Of a stretch of 64,000 nt of DNA, positions 37,740 through 48,790 are shown piece after piece. Each line of letters begins with the position of its first letter. Position 1 is the stretch's first letter. A program made the position numbers and the translations under genes. The stretch is from Limisphaerales bacterium (GTDB lineage: Bacteria > Verrucomicrobiota > Verrucomicrobiia > Limisphaerales > Palsa-1400). The notes beneath the pieces were generated by a model. The model saw only the letters and a list, made by a program, of their open reading frames with translations, did no database searches and had not been told where the DNA came from. The DNA lies in the NCBI GenBank assembly GCA_052139695.1, contig JBKQWF010000309.1, positions 7,829-71,828 of the forward strand, written 5' to 3'.

Positions 37740-38954
37740 ATGAGCAAAGTTACGAGTTGGGTACTGGCATTAGGGCTGACATCCCTGGCGCTGGAGGCGC
37801 AAGTCCCGCCAGCCGTCATTCCCGCGGGCGTGGGGGTGAACATCCATTTTGTCACTGGCCACGAAACGGACTTGGATATGATCGCGGACGCCGGATTTAG
37901 ATTCATCCGCATGGACTTTCAGTGGGATGGGATCGAACGGACCCAGGGGAATTACGACTGGTCCGCTTATGATCAATTAACCGCCAACCTGGAGAAGCGC
38001 GGTTTGCGGGCGATCTATATCCTGGATTACAAGAACGCCCTCTATGAGGCGCAAGTGCCGGCGCACCGGGCGGTCGGGGAACCAGTGCCGGAGGAGTACA
38101 CCGCTTCCCCACGCCATCCGGAAAGCGTCGCAGCTTTTGCCAAATGGGCGGCGGAGGCGGCCCGCCACTTTCATGGGCGCGGCGTGATCTGGGAGATTTA
38201 TAATGAGCCGAACGGCAATTTTTGGAGGCCCAAGCCGGATGTCGGGGAATATACCACACTGGCGCTGGCCACAGCCAAGGCCATTCGAGAAGCGGAACCC
38301 AGCGCCACGATCATTGCCCCGGCCATGTCCACCTTTGATTGGAAGTTCCTGGAGCCGTTTTTGAAATCCGGCGTGCTGGAATACCTCGACGCGGTGAGCG
38401 TCCATCCTTATCGACCTCCCAACAAATCACCCGAAACCGCCGAACCGGAGTACAAAAGACTCCGGGAGTTGATCGAAAGTTCCGCGCCGGAGTCGAAGCG
38501 TCCGAATAAAATAGCCATTATCAGCGGCGAATGGGGCTACGCTTCCAACCGCAAAGGGGTTACCCTTGACGCCCAGGCCGACTTTGCCGTGCGACAGCAG
38601 CTTTCCAACCTGCTTTATGGCGTGCCACTTTCCATTTGGTACGATTGGAAAAACGACGGCACGGACCCGGACGATGGCGAACAGAACTTCGGCACCGTGA
38701 CTCCCGAATTAAAACCCAAACCAGCCTACACCGCCCTGCGCAACATGACCCAAGAGCTGAACGGCTACAGTTTGCAAGAGCGCCTGGGGGGATTCGATCC
38801 GAACGATTTTGTCTTGGTATTCGCTAGAGACGGCAATCATCAGACAGTCGCCGCCTGGACGATGGCCAAGCCGCATCTGATCACTGTGCATATCGCGGGA
38901 CGAGAACTTTCGTTGGAACTGGGCGCGCTCCCGCAATATGTTCCCGTGAAGTGA
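37740..38954 (+). CDS. Secreted clan GH-A glycoside hydrolase (GH5-like)
   Basis: Signal peptide, acid/base motif VIWEIYNEPNGNFW, and nucleophile-like IISGEWGY. Confidence 0.6.
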   Translation: MSKVTSWVLALGLTSLALEAQVPPAVIPAGVGVNIHFVTGHETDLDMIADAGFRFIRMDFQWDGIERTQGNYDWSAYDQLTANLEKRGLRAIYILDYKNALYEAQVPAHRAVGEPVPEEYTASPRHPESVAAFAKWAAEAARHFHGRGVIWEIYNEPNGNFWRPKPDVGEYTTLALATAKAIREAEPSATIIAPAMSTFDWKFLEPFLKSGVLEYLDAVSVHPYRPPNKSPETAEPEYKRLRELIESSAPESKRPNKIAIISGEWGYASNRKGVTLDAQADFAVRQQLSNLLYGVPLSIWYDWKNDGTDPDDGEQNFGTVTPELKPKPAYTALRNMTQELNGYSLQERLGGFDPNDFVLVFARDGNHQTVAAWTMAKPHLITVHIAGRELSLELGALPQYVPVK

Positions 38955-39367
38955 CCATTGCCCAGAAGCAGCAGCAATTGTCCGCCAAGTTGAGCGGTTT
39001 CAAGTCCGCGCAAGACAGATTGGCTTATATCGTCGGAAGGGGGCGTGCCGCGCCGCCGCTGGAGCCGGCATTCCGCGTGGACGCCAATCGTGTCCAAGGA
39101 TGCCTGGCGGCGGTCTGGTTCGTGGCGCGGTTTGAAGAAGGGAGTTGCGAGTTTCGGGCGGATTCAGATTCGGCGGTGATTAAGGGAATTGCCGTGCTCC
39201 TGTGCGAGTTTTATAGCGGTCAATTGCCGGAAGAAATCGTGCGCGGCAGCCCGGCTTTTCTGGCGGATTTCGGCATCACACAACATCTGACTCCCAATCG
39301 CCGCAACAGCCTCGGCAGGATTTGGGAAAGCATACGCGCTTGCGCCAGCGCTCACCTGGAACCGTGA
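38951..39367 (+). CDS. sufE: SufE-like cysteine desulfuration protein
   Basis: 138 aa with RVQGCLAAVWFVA (conserved Cys loop). Its GTG start overlaps the upstream stop (GTGA). Confidence 0.65.
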   Translation: MTIAQKQQQLSAKLSGFKSAQDRLAYIVGRGRAAPPLEPAFRVDANRVQGCLAAVWFVARFEEGSCEFRADSDSAVIKGIAVLLCEFYSGQLPEEIVRGSPAFLADFGITQHLTPNRRNSLGRIWESIRACASAHLEP

Positions 39368-40158
39368 ACCTCTACGACGCGCACAATCATTTGCAGGATG
39401 AGCGGCTCAAGCCTCATTTGGACGGCATTATGGCTGCGCTGCAAAGCGAGCACATCACCCGCATGGTGGTCAATGGCTCGAGCGAGGCGGATTGGCCGGA
39501 GGTGCTCGGTTTGGCGCGGCGCTTTCCGCAAGTGCTGCCGTCCTTCGGCTGCCATCCGAGGTACGTCAAGGAGTGCAAGGCGCAATGGCGGGAGAATCTG
39601 CTTTGGCATTTGGAGCAGGTCCCGTCAGCCATTGGAGAAATCGGGCTGGACCGATGGATTAAGGATTTCGACGCGGCCAAACAGGAGGAGGTTTTCATCT
39701 GGCAATGGCGCCTGGCGGCGGAGCGGAATTTGCCGGCGAGCATCCATTGCCTGCGCGCCTGGGGAAGATTGCTGGAAATCCTGCGGGCCGGCCCACGTCC
39801 GAGTCGCGGATTTCTGCTTCATTCTTTCGGCGGAGCGCCGGAATTGATTCCGGAACTGACCCGGCTCGGCGCCTATTTTTCGCTGCCCGGTTACTTTGCC
39901 CATGACCGCAAGGCGCGCCAGCGCGAGACTTTTCGGCGCGTGCCCGCGGACCGGTTGCTGATCGAAACGGACGCGCCGGACCAGCCTCTGCCGGAGGAGC
40001 GCAACCATTTTCCTTTGGTTGGCCCAGACGGAAAACCTGTCAATCATCCGGCCAATCTGCGGGCCGTTTATGAATTCGCGGGGGAGTTTCTCGGCCAGCC
40101 CCTGGAAAAGCTGGCGGACCAGGTGGAAGAAAATTTTCTGCGGCTTTTTAGCCGCTAG
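39364..40158 (+). CDS. TatD family metal-dependent hydrolase/DNase
   Basis: NLYDAHNHLQ, IGEIGLD, SIHC, LHSFGG and IETDAPD. GTG at 39364 overlaps the SufE stop (GTGA). Confidence 0.8.
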   Translation: MNLYDAHNHLQDERLKPHLDGIMAALQSEHITRMVVNGSSEADWPEVLGLARRFPQVLPSFGCHPRYVKECKAQWRENLLWHLEQVPSAIGEIGLDRWIKDFDAAKQEEVFIWQWRLAAERNLPASIHCLRAWGRLLEILRAGPRPSRGFLLHSFGGAPELIPELTRLGAYFSLPGYFAHDRKARQRETFRRVPADRLLIETDAPDQPLPEERNHFPLVGPDGKPVNHPANLRAVYEFAGEFLGQPLEKLADQVEENFLRLFSR

Positions 40159-40161
40159 AAT

Positions 40162-40197
40162 GGTAGGGACGGCTCGGCGAGGCGACCCTGCCTTTTT
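40162..40197. terminator. CCCTACC-family hairpin followed by a T-run (candidate bidirectional terminator)
   Basis: ggtagggacggctcggcgaggcgaccctgcc + ttttt, lying between the convergent TatD and DnaJ-like genes. Confidence 0.45.
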
Positions 40198-41221
40198 AGC
40201 CGCGCGGATCAAAGGAGGACGCCCGCGCCAACTGCTCCCACAACTCCTTTTCGCGCTCGGTGATCTTCGGCGGCATTTGAATGCGCGGGACGGCGTAGAG
40301 ATCGCCGCCGTGTTCGTTATCGCGGCCCGGCAAGCCGCGTCCCCGCACCCGGAGGCGCTGGCCGGTCTGGGTGCCGGGCGGGATTTTTATGTTGACAGAT
40401 TCCGTCAAAGTAGGGACGGAGACATTGGTTCCCAAGGCCGCTTCCCACGGGGCCAAATCGAGGTCGTAATAAAGATCGCTGCCCACGACCCGGAAATCAG
40501 GATGGCTGGCCAAACGGACGCGCAAATACAGGTCGCCAGGGGGACCGCCGCCGGGGCCGGGTTCGCCTTGGCCGCTGACCCGCAAACGCTGGCCGTCGCG
40601 CACGCCGGCCGGGATTTTGACTTTATAATTCTGCGTAAGAGCGGTCTGTCCAGTGCCGCCGCAATTGGAACAGGTATGCCGTCCGGTTACGCCCGCGCCG
40701 TGACAAGTCGGGCAAACGGAGTTGCGGCGGACGGAGACGGAGCGAATGGCGCCGCGCATCGCTTCTTCCAACGTCACCATGAGGACGCCTTCGACGTCCC
40801 GGCCTTTTTCGGTTCCCGTTTCTGGTTCCGCAAAACCGCCAAAGTGACCCGCCCGGCCGCCAAAGAATTGTTCGAAAAAGTCGCTAAAGCCAGTGCCCCC
40901 AAATTGGAAATCTTCCGTCCCAGCTCCGCCGCGCCAGGTGTAAGTGTGAGGGCCGCCGGGGTGTCCGCCTGGGGCTTCCCGGCGCATGCCATGTTTCCAA
41001 TCGGCTCCCAGTTCGTCGTATTTTTTGCGTTTCTCCGCGTCGCCCAGCACTTCGTAAGCCTCGTTGATCTCCTTGAATTTTTCTTCCGCCCGCTTTTTGT
41101 CCTTGGCCACGTCAGGATGGTATTGGCGGGCCAGCTTGCGGAAGGCCTTGCGAATGTCGTCGTGGCTGGCAGTGCGCTCGACTCCCAGCGTTTTGTAATA
41201 GTCTTTGAACTCTACCGGCAT
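40196..41221 (-). CDS. DnaJ/CbpA-class J-domain co-chaperone
   Basis: J domain DYYKTLGVERTASHDDIRKAFRKLARQYHPDV, a G/F-rich region, and one zinc-finger pair CPTCHGAG...CSNCGGTG. Confidence 0.85.
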   Translation of the reverse strand: MPVEFKDYYKTLGVERTASHDDIRKAFRKLARQYHPDVAKDKKRAEEKFKEINEAYEVLGDAEKRKKYDELGADWKHGMRREAPGGHPGGPHTYTWRGGAGTEDFQFGGTGFSDFFEQFFGGRAGHFGGFAEPETGTEKGRDVEGVLMVTLEEAMRGAIRSVSVRRNSVCPTCHGAGVTGRHTCSNCGGTGQTALTQNYKVKIPAGVRDGQRLRVSGQGEPGPGGGPPGDLYLRVRLASHPDFRVVGSDLYYDLDLAPWEAALGTNVSVPTLTESVNIKIPPGTQTGQRLRVRGRGLPGRDNEHGGDLYAVPRIQMPPKITEREKELWEQLARASSFDPRG

Positions 41222-41237
41222 AACAAGTCAGGATGGT

Positions 41238-43946
41238 TTAACCAGCCGCGCCCCCGCCGGCCAATTGGCGCAGAACGTAGGGCAGAATCCCGCCATGCCG
41301 ATAGTAATCGATTTCCACCGGGGTGTCGATCCGGCAAGCGACGACCACGTCGGCGGTTTGGCCATTGGCCCGAGTGATGCCCAAGGTCAGGTCTTGCTGC
41401 GGTTTGAGCTGATCGTTCAGCCCTAAAAAATCGTAGGTCTCCGTGCCGTCCAACTGGAGCGTCTGGGCGGAAACGCCGTCCTTGAATTGCAGGGGCAGCA
41501 CCCCCATGCCGACGAGATTCGAGCGGTGAATGCGCTCGAAGCTTTGGGCCAGCACCATTTTGACTCCGAGCAAACAGGTGCCCTTGGCCGCCCAGTCCCG
41601 CGAACTGCCGGTGCCATATTCCTGCCCCGCCAGCACGATGAGCGGCGTCTTGTTTAGCGCGTATTTCATGGCCGCATCGAAAATGCTCATCTGCTCTCCG
41701 CCGGGCTGGAATTTGGTCACGCCGCCTTCCACGCCGGGCGTCATGAGGTTCTTGATGCGGACGTTGGCGAACGTTCCGCGGGTCATGACGCGGTCGTTGC
41801 CGCGGCGCGAGCCGTAACTATTGAAATCGATGTAATTGACGCCGTGCTCGACCAAATACTGGCCGGCCGGCGAACTTTTCTTGATGCTGCCGGCGGGCGA
41901 AATATGGTCGGTCGTCACGCTGTCGCCAAATATTCCCAGCGCGCGGGCCCCTTTGATCTCTGCAATGCGGCCCGGCCGCAAATCGAAATTCTGGAAAAAC
42001 GGCGGCTCTTGAATGTAAGTACTGGAAGCCTGCCACTCATACAGTTGCCCGGTGCTGGCCGGGATTTCGTTCCACTTGGGGTTCTGCGCGGCGAAGTCCT
42101 GGTAAAGCCGCCGGAAGACCTCCGGTTTGAGGGCCAATTGCATGGCGCGGCGCACTTCGTCGAGCGTGGGCCAGAGATCTTTCAAATAAACGTCGCCGCT
42201 TTCGACGCGGGCGATTGGTTCTCTGGTCAAATCGATGGTGACCCGCCCGGCCAGCGCGAACGCCACGACCAGCGGAGGCGACATGAGGAAGTTGGCCTTG
42301 ATGTTTTGATGCACCCGCGCCTCAAAATTGCGGTTGCCCGAAAGGACGGACGCGGCAATGACATCGTTCTTCGTCACGGCCTCCTCCACCGGCGCGGCCA
42401 GCGGGCCGGAGTTGCCGATGCACGTCGTGCAGCCGTAACCGACGAGGTTGAACCCCAATTGATCCAGATACGGTTGCAGGCCGGTTTTGTTCAGGTAATC
42501 GCTCACCACGCGCGAACCAGGCGCCAGCGACGCCTTGACGAGCGGATGCGGCTTGAGCCCGGCCTCGACCGCTTTCCTGGCCAGCAAACCGGCCGCCAGC
42601 ATGACCGAGGGATTGCTCGTGTTCGTGCAACTGGTAATGGCGGCAATGAGGACGTCGCCGTGATGGAGTGTGCCGTCGTTGGCTACGGCAAACTCGCGAT
42701 TGAGATCCTCCGGCGTGTGGCCAAATCCGTTTTCCGTGAGCGGCTTGGCAAAGGCTTTGGCGAACTCGCTTTTGAGCTGGCTCAATTCGATCCGGTCCTG
42801 CGGACGTTTTGGGCCAGCCACGCTCGGCTCGACCGTGGCCAGATCCAGGTCGAGGTCCGTCGAATAGCGGATTTGGCCTTTGTCGGGGATGCCGAAAAGG
42901 TCTTGGGCGCGGAAATAGTTTTCGTAAAGGCGGCAATGTTCCTCGCTCCGGCCCGTTTGGCGCAGATACTCCACGCATTGTTCATCGACGGGGAAAAAGC
43001 CCATGGTCGCGCCGTATTCCGGGGCCATATTGGCAATGGTGGCCCGATCAACCACCGCCAGCGCGCGCGCGCCCGGCCCGTAGAATTCGACAAATTTCCC
43101 CACCACTTTGGCGGCGCGCAGTTTTTGCGTGACGGTCAAGGCGAGGTCCGTCGCGGTCACGCCCGGACGCAACGAACCCGTCAAATATACCCCCACCACG
43201 TCGGGCGTAAGAAAGTAAACCGGCTGGCCCAGCATGCCCGCTTCCGCCTCGATCCCGCCTACGCCCCAGCCAACGATGCCCAAGCCGTTGATCATCGTCG
43301 TGTGCGAATCGGTCCCGACCAGTGTGTCCGGATAATAAACCGGCGGCTGCCCGCCGCTGAGAACGCCCTTGGCCAAGTACTCCAGGTTGACTTGGTGGAC
43401 GATGCCGATGCCGGGCGGCACGACTTTGAACGTTTCAAAGGCTTGCATGCCCCATTTGAGAAATTGATAGCGCTCGCGATTACGGTGGAATTCCATGTCC
43501 AGGTTGCGCGTCAGGGCGTCGGCGGCCCCGGCGAAATCGACCTGGACGGAATGGTCCACCACCAAATCCACCGGCACCAGCGGTTCAATGATCCCGGGGT
43601 TCTTGCCCAACTTCGCCGCCGCCGAGCGCATGGCCGCCAGATCGACCAGCAGCGGAACGCCGGTAAAGTCCTGCAAAACAATTCGGGCGACAACAAAAGG
43701 GATTTCAGCGGTCCGCTCCGCTTTTGGCTGCCATTGGGCCAATTGCCGCACGTTGGTTTCCGAAATTCTTTTTCCGTCGTAATTGCGCAGGATCGATTCG
43801 AGGACAAGGCGAATGGAAACCGGCAGTTTGGAGATCGCGCCCACCCCCGCCTTTTCCAAAGCGGGCAAAGAATAAAAGGCGCCTTTTTTCCCGTTCGCCG
43901 AGTCAAAATCCTTAAGTGTGTCGAATAAATTATGTGTCTGGCTCAT
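41238..43946 (-). CDS. acnA: Aconitate hydratase A
   Basis: About 900 aa starting [14 protein letters not shown]. Motifs [34 protein letters not shown] and [13 protein letters not shown] at 43946 is preferred over the track start at 44087. Confidence 0.95.
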   Translation of the reverse strand: MSQTHNLFDTLKDFDSANGKKGAFYSLPALEKAGVGAISKLPVSIRLVLESILRNYDGKRISETNVRQLAQWQPKAERTAEIPFVVARIVLQDFTGVPLLVDLAAMRSAAAKLGKNPGIIEPLVPVDLVVDHSVQVDFAGAADALTRNLDMEFHRNRERYQFLKWGMQAFETFKVVPPGIGIVHQVNLEYLAKGVLSGGQPPVYYPDTLVGTDSHTTMINGLGIVGWGVGGIEAEAGMLGQPVYFLTPDVVGVYLTGSLRPGVTATDLALTVTQKLRAAKVVGKFVEFYGPGARALAVVDRATIANMAPEYGATMGFFPVDEQCVEYLRQTGRSEEHCRLYENYFRAQDLFGIPDKGQIRYSTDLDLDLATVEPSVAGPKRPQDRIELSQLKSEFAKAFAKPLTENGFGHTPEDLNREFAVANDGTLHHGDVLIAAITSCTNTSNPSVMLAAGLLARKAVEAGLKPHPLVKASLAPGSRVVSDYLNKTGLQPYLDQLGFNLVGYGCTTCIGNSGPLAAPVEEAVTKNDVIAASVLSGNRNFEARVHQNIKANFLMSPPLVVAFALAGRVTIDLTREPIARVESGDVYLKDLWPTLDEVRRAMQLALKPEVFRRLYQDFAAQNPKWNEIPASTGQLYEWQASSTYIQEPPFFQNFDLRPGRIAEIKGARALGIFGDSVTTDHISPAGSIKKSSPAGQYLVEHGVNYIDFNSYGSRRGNDRVMTRGTFANVRIKNLMTPGVEGGVTKFQPGGEQMSIFDAAMKYALNKTPLIVLAGQEYGTGSSRDWAAKGTCLLGVKMVLAQSFERIHRSNLVGMGVLPLQFKDGVSAQTLQLDGTETYDFLGLNDQLKPQQDLTLGITRANGQTADVVVACRIDTPVEIDYYRHGGILPYVLRQLAGGGAAG

Positions 43947-44073
43947 ATTATTTTTGGGCCGGCCGGTCACGCCTAACGCCAGAGAAAAATGCGGCCTACT
44001 GCCATCGGAGTCAAGACGCACCCGGAACGGGTAGTGTCCTAATTTGAAGTTGGCTGCAAGAGTTTCAGGCAAG

Positions 44074-45201
44074 TTAGGGCGCGTCACTCCGTGCGCGCCT
44101 CTCCGGCGTGCAGAGGACTGCCCGCCCTACCGCCGCCGATTCCAGGCAGGCGTCCATGACGCGCTGGGTCTTGAGGGCCATCTCCGGCCATTCCTTGTTC
44201 AACTTGCCCGATTGGATTTGCGTGGCGAAGTGGCGGAACATGTTGCTTTCCTGAGCGCGGGAATGGCTGTTGCTGTATTCGCGGATCGTCCAGCGCCGCA
44301 ATCCCGGCTCCAGGTTGAAAACGCAACCGTCCTTGGTGTAGGAGGAGTTGCAGGTTTCAAACGCCAGCTCGCTGCCAAAATGCGGCAGAACGAAGTCGGT
44401 GAGGCGCAAATAGCCGCGGTCGCCGCTGATTTGCGCCAATTGTTGAAGCTCGGTGATAAAGGAGACATAGAATCCCGCGGAAACGCCTCCGTCAAATAGA
44501 AGTTCTCCCGAGAACTCAATAGGCACCGGCGCCGCGCCGCGCCGCGGTTTGCTTTGTGCCAGCAATCGGCCCGTAGCCTGCCGCGGCATTTTCCAGCCAG
44601 CCGCCCAGAGGGCAAACCGAATGCAATACCATCCCAGGTCGCCAACACAGCCATGCGGCTCCAAAGCACTGTTCCCGCGAATGTTCGAGGTGAAGAACGA
44701 TTTATCCGCGCCGAAACTAAAGACCAGTGTGATCCGCCGCATCCGGCCAACAGTCTCGGTCATGGCCTCCCGCATGGCCGGCAAGCGGTCGCTGTGCATG
44801 AACATGACCCCATCCATGAATTGGACATGGTGCCGCCGGCAAGCCGCCACCATTTCTTCGAGATCGGCAGCCTTGGGCGCGCAAGGTTTTTCACAGACAA
44901 CATGTTTGCCCGCCTTGGCCGCTGCCAGGACCCATTGTTTGCGCAATGCCGTCGGCAACGGAATATAGACGGCGTCAACGTCCGCCGCGGCAATCAGTTC
45001 GGCATAACTGCCGAGCGGGCGCGGCTTGGCGGAAAACGGGACCTGCGATTGGCAGGCCTCAATAAATCCCGCCGCCGAATCCAATTTCCGGCTGGCGACG
45101 GCGGCGACAACACCATTGCCGCTGTTGCGAATGGAAAGCCAGTTTTTGCGGGCGATGTCCGCCGCGCCCAGAATGCCCCAGCGAGTAAGTGTCTTTTGCA
45201 T
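44074..45201 (-). CDS. Gfo/Idh/MocA family oxidoreductase
   Basis: Rossmann N-terminus [15 protein letters not shown] and EKP motif HVVCEKPCA. The last ~17 codons lie in a repeat hairpin. Confidence 0.8.
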   Translation of the reverse strand: MQKTLTRWGILGAADIARKNWLSIRNSGNGVVAAVASRKLDSAAGFIEACQSQVPFSAKPRPLGSYAELIAAADVDAVYIPLPTALRKQWVLAAAKAGKHVVCEKPCAPKAADLEEMVAACRRHHVQFMDGVMFMHSDRLPAMREAMTETVGRMRRITLVFSFGADKSFFTSNIRGNSALEPHGCVGDLGWYCIRFALWAAGWKMPRQATGRLLAQSKPRRGAAPVPIEFSGELLFDGGVSAGFYVSFITELQQLAQISGDRGYLRLTDFVLPHFGSELAFETCNSSYTKDGCVFNLEPGLRRWTIREYSNSHSRAQESNMFRHFATQIQSGKLNKEWPEMALKTQRVMDACLESAAVGRAVLCTPERRARSDAP

Positions 45202-45446
45202 AAGCAGCGGGAGCTTTGAGCAAAGCAAAGATACTGTCAAACATTTAAAATCAGCGCTCCGCCGCCAGTGCGCATCTCACTGTCGGCACCCGCTGCGCCA
45301 GGCTACAGCGCTCCTGGCTTGGTGCGGCTTTGTCACAGCGCTCCTCTTTTGGACCGCCGCTGGCGTGTTCTCTATTAGGCTGGGCTAAGAGCGCGGATCT
45401 GTCCGCCCGCCGGAGCGGTCGCCTTGGCGAGGCGATCCTACCTTTC

Positions 45447-47240
45447 CTAGCCGGCTGCCACCACTTCCGGCTCAACCCACTTGCCGTGCTCGCGAATCAG
45501 ATCGACCAGCCGGTCCACTGCTTCGTTTTCCGGGATGTTGAATTTTACCGGGGTCTTGCCGACGTAGAGATTGATCTTGTTGGGCGCGCCGCCCACGTAA
45601 CCGAAGTCCGCATCGGCCATCTCTCCGGGCCCATTGACGATGCAGCCCATGACGGCGATTTTCACGCCTTTCAAATGTTGGGTCCGATCTTTGATGCGGG
45701 CGGTGACGGTTTGAAGATTAAAAAGGGTGCGCCCGCAGGAAGGACAGGCCACATAATCTGTCTTGAAGGCGCGGCATCCCGCCGCCTGCAAAATGTTATA
45801 AGCCAGCCGCAGGCTTTGCCCTCCGCCGCTTTCGCCTCGAACCAAAATCGCGTCGCCCATGCCGTCGGCCAAAAGAGACCCGATGACCACCGCCGCACGC
45901 AAGAGCGCGATCCTTGGCTCCAACGAAACTGGTTCAAAACGCAGGCAGTCTTTGAGCAGGATGGGATTGTTCCGGCCAAGCCGCTTCAACTTCGCGGCCA
46001 ATAAGCGAAATGCCACGATGGCCGGAAGGTCCACGCCGTCCTTGACCGTGACCAATTGGGTTTCGCAATTGATCGAGAAATCCTGCGACGGGTCGATCTC
46101 GCGGACGTTGAGGTCTTCATAAACCGCCTCGGGTTTGACATCGTCCCTGGGACGGATTTTCGGCGCGACTTTTTCCCAGGCGGCGCGAGTCACGACCACG
46201 CGGACGGTTTGCCCGCCCCCGCACTTGATCTCATCACTCAATGGGATTTCAGGAGTCGCTCGCCGTTCAAAAGAAAAGGGGTCAAAAGGCCAGCCTGCGC
46301 TAAACGCGGCGGATTTGGCCGAGACATCGGCAGGCCGCGTCAAAACGGGAATCTGTTCCAGCAAATCGGTGCAGACAGCGATTTCATTGGGCGAATCTTC
46401 GGTCAACGAAACGCGAATCGTATCACCCAGGCCGTCGCACAAGAGCGATCCAATGCCGATGGCGCTTTTGATGCGGCCATCCTCGCCCTCGCCCGCTTCG
46501 GTCACTCCCAAGTGGATGGGATAATTCCAGTCCGGACCCAAGTCTTCGAGGCGGGCCACCAGCAGGCGGTAGCACTCGATCATCACCTTGGGATTGCTGG
46601 ATTTCATCGAGAACTTGAAATTATGGAAATCGTGCTGGCGGGCGATGCGGGCAAATTCCAGGGCGCTCTCCACCATGCCCAGGGGCGTGTCGCCGTAGCG
46701 ATTCATGATGCGGTCGCTGAGCGACCCGTGATTGGTGCCGATGCGCAGCGCGCGCCCCAATTCTTTACAAAGCTTGACCAGCGGAGTGAACTGCTCTTCC
46801 AGCCGGGCCAACTCAGCGTCATACTCGCTTCCGCTGTATTCGCGCACGGCAAATTTCTTCTTGTCGATGTAATTGCCAGGGTTGACCCGCACCATTTCCA
46901 CCCATTTGGCGGCTTCCATCGCGGCATCAGGCTTGAAATGGATATCGGCCACAATCGGCACCCGGCAGTCGCGGGCGCGCAATTCGGCAACAATGTTTTT
47001 CAAATTGGCGGCGTCTTTAACCGTGGGGGCGGTGATGCGGACGATCTGGCAGCCGACGGCCACTAGGTCAAGCGTCTGTTGGACGCAAAGCGCGGTGTCC
47101 ATCGTGTCACAAGTGATCATGGACTGTTTGACGACAGGATGGCCGCCGCCAATGATCACTCCGCCGCGGGCAGGATCGCCCACGACGACCTCGCGGGTCT
47201 CGCGCCGGGAACGAAAATAAGGCGAAAAACAAAAACGCAT
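45447..47240 (-). CDS. ispG: 4-hydroxy-3-methylbut-2-enyl diphosphate synthase, long (insert-containing) form
   Basis: RRETREVVVGD...IGGGHPVVKQSMITCDT, an inserted middle domain, and the C-terminal cluster motif ACPSCGRT...CIVNGPGE. Confidence 0.9.
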   Translation of the reverse strand: MRFCFSPYFRSRRETREVVVGDPARGGVIIGGGHPVVKQSMITCDTMDTALCVQQTLDLVAVGCQIVRITAPTVKDAANLKNIVAELRARDCRVPIVADIHFKPDAAMEAAKWVEMVRVNPGNYIDKKKFAVREYSGSEYDAELARLEEQFTPLVKLCKELGRALRIGTNHGSLSDRIMNRYGDTPLGMVESALEFARIARQHDFHNFKFSMKSSNPKVMIECYRLLVARLEDLGPDWNYPIHLGVTEAGEGEDGRIKSAIGIGSLLCDGLGDTIRVSLTEDSPNEIAVCTDLLEQIPVLTRPADVSAKSAAFSAGWPFDPFSFERRATPEIPLSDEIKCGGGQTVRVVVTRAAWEKVAPKIRPRDDVKPEAVYEDLNVREIDPSQDFSINCETQLVTVKDGVDLPAIVAFRLLAAKLKRLGRNNPILLKDCLRFEPVSLEPRIALLRAAVVIGSLLADGMGDAILVRGESGGGQSLRLAYNILQAAGCRAFKTDYVACPSCGRTLFNLQTVTARIKDRTQHLKGVKIAVMGCIVNGPGEMADADFGYVGGAPNKINLYVGKTPVKFNIPENEAVDRLVDLIREHGKWVEPEVVAAG

Positions 47241-47243
47241 GGC

Positions 47244-48644
47244 TTAGTGGGCCGGGGCGGTCGCCGGAGGCGCATCGGCGGGTTTTGCGGACTGCTCGAT
47301 TTGCGTTTCGCGATTGAACATCAGGTGAAAAAGCGGCAGGCGGACCTTAATGTCAAAGAAAGTCACATAGACCATGAAGAGAATCAGCAGGGCGGCAAAG
47401 GCGGTGGTTGTGTATTCCACGAAGCGCACCTCCAGGGGGCGGCGGCGGATCCGTTCGAGGACGGCCATCAGAATATGGCCGCCGTCCAGCACGGGCATGG
47501 GGAGCATGTTGAGGATGGCGAGGTTGACGTTCAACATGACGAGGAAACTCAGCGCCAGGCGGAAGTCCGTGTTGGCCTGGAGGGCGAGCATGCCGATGAT
47601 GCCAACCGGGCCGCTTAAATCGCTGGCACGCACTCCACTCTCATGCGTGTGGACCAAAGCGCTGATCGTGCTATAGACCTGTTCGCACACATTGGCCACC
47701 TGCGACCACGGGGACGGGTGCTCAATTTCATAGACGTCTTTGGCCATCTTAAACTCCACCCCAATGAGGCATTTCTTGGTGGAGGGGTCCATGTCCGGCG
47801 TGACCGTGAGGGCAACCCGTTTGTCGCCGCGTTTGACCACGATGGGAGTGGCTTGATTGCCGCGCTTCTGAATCAAGCTGATGAATTGTTGACGGCTGCT
47901 GATGGGAACTCCGGCAAATCCGACCACTTCATCATCCGCCTTCAAATGGGCAAGGTCAGCCGGCTTGCCCTCTTGCACGGCTTTGACCACGAGATGGTCC
48001 TTCGGGTCCAGATCAAAGGTTTTCAGGCCGAGCAGGTTGCTGACCTCGGCTTTAAGCAGGTAAGTGTTGGTGGCGCCGTCATGCACAACCGTTACGGGCA
48101 AGACGTTGGTCAGGGCGAGAATGGTGGAATTGTAAACTTCTTCCCAGGATTTAACCGGCTTATTATTGACGGCAATGATGCGGTCGCCCTCATGGATGCC
48201 CAGTTTGGCCTCGGCCGAATCGGGATTGACGTAGCCGATGATGGAAGGGTTGACCGGCACCGGCAGGCCGACAAAGTAAATGACCGCGGCAATGGCGAAG
48301 GCAAAGACCACATTCATAAACGGGCCGGCGGCGGCCACCAGGATTTTGGAAAAAGGCGGCGCGGGCGGGATCTGCTGCTCCTTGCTTTCGCCCTCGATGG
48401 CGGCAGAAGTGATCATTTGCGGCAGCTTGACGAAACCGCCGAAGGGCAGCCAGCGCACCGAGTATTCGATGCCATCGCGCGTCCAGGAGAAAATCTTGGG
48501 CCCAAAGCCGATGGCAAAGGCCTCGACTTTGAGGCCGCGCTTGCGGGCCACCCAGTAGTGGCCAAATTCATGGACGAAAATGGCCGCGCCAAACAGGAAG
48601 ACGACACCAACGGCCACGTATAAATTGTTCAACAAATGAATCAT
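47244..48644 (-). CDS. rseP: Site-2 (RIP) zinc metalloprotease RseP with PDZ domains
   Basis: HEFGHYWVARKRG (HExxH), two PDZ-like regions, and NLAILNMLPMPVLDGGH. Confidence 0.9.
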   Translation of the reverse strand: MIHLLNNLYVAVGVVFLFGAAIFVHEFGHYWVARKRGLKVEAFAIGFGPKIFSWTRDGIEYSVRWLPFGGFVKLPQMITSAAIEGESKEQQIPPAPPFSKILVAAAGPFMNVVFAFAIAAVIYFVGLPVPVNPSIIGYVNPDSAEAKLGIHEGDRIIAVNNKPVKSWEEVYNSTILALTNVLPVTVVHDGATNTYLLKAEVSNLLGLKTFDLDPKDHLVVKAVQEGKPADLAHLKADDEVVGFAGVPISSRQQFISLIQKRGNQATPIVVKRGDKRVALTVTPDMDPSTKKCLIGVEFKMAKDVYEIEHPSPWSQVANVCEQVYSTISALVHTHESGVRASDLSGPVGIIGMLALQANTDFRLALSFLVMLNVNLAILNMLPMPVLDGGHILMAVLERIRRRPLEVRFVEYTTTAFAALLILFMVYVTFFDIKVRLPLFHLMFNRETQIEQSAKPADAPPATAPAH

Positions 48645-48790
48645 GCAAAAACCCGCCCTGTCAGGCGGCACTGCAATCTAGCGGCAGTAGGTCCTTCTGG
48701 CAACCATGGATGTGAGCTAGTGAGACAAAATGGCGCGGAGAATGGCTGGGTTGATGTTTGGCGCTTCCTGCGCCATTATGGGTGCGAGGA

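Noticed and set aside
40019-41377. 452-aa + strand ORF
   Set aside because: It runs antisense through the DnaJ-like gene and into acnA, with shadow-type composition.
41844-43928. 694-aa + strand ORF
   Set aside because: It is antisense to acnA, which is unmistakable on the minus strand. It is a shadow frame.
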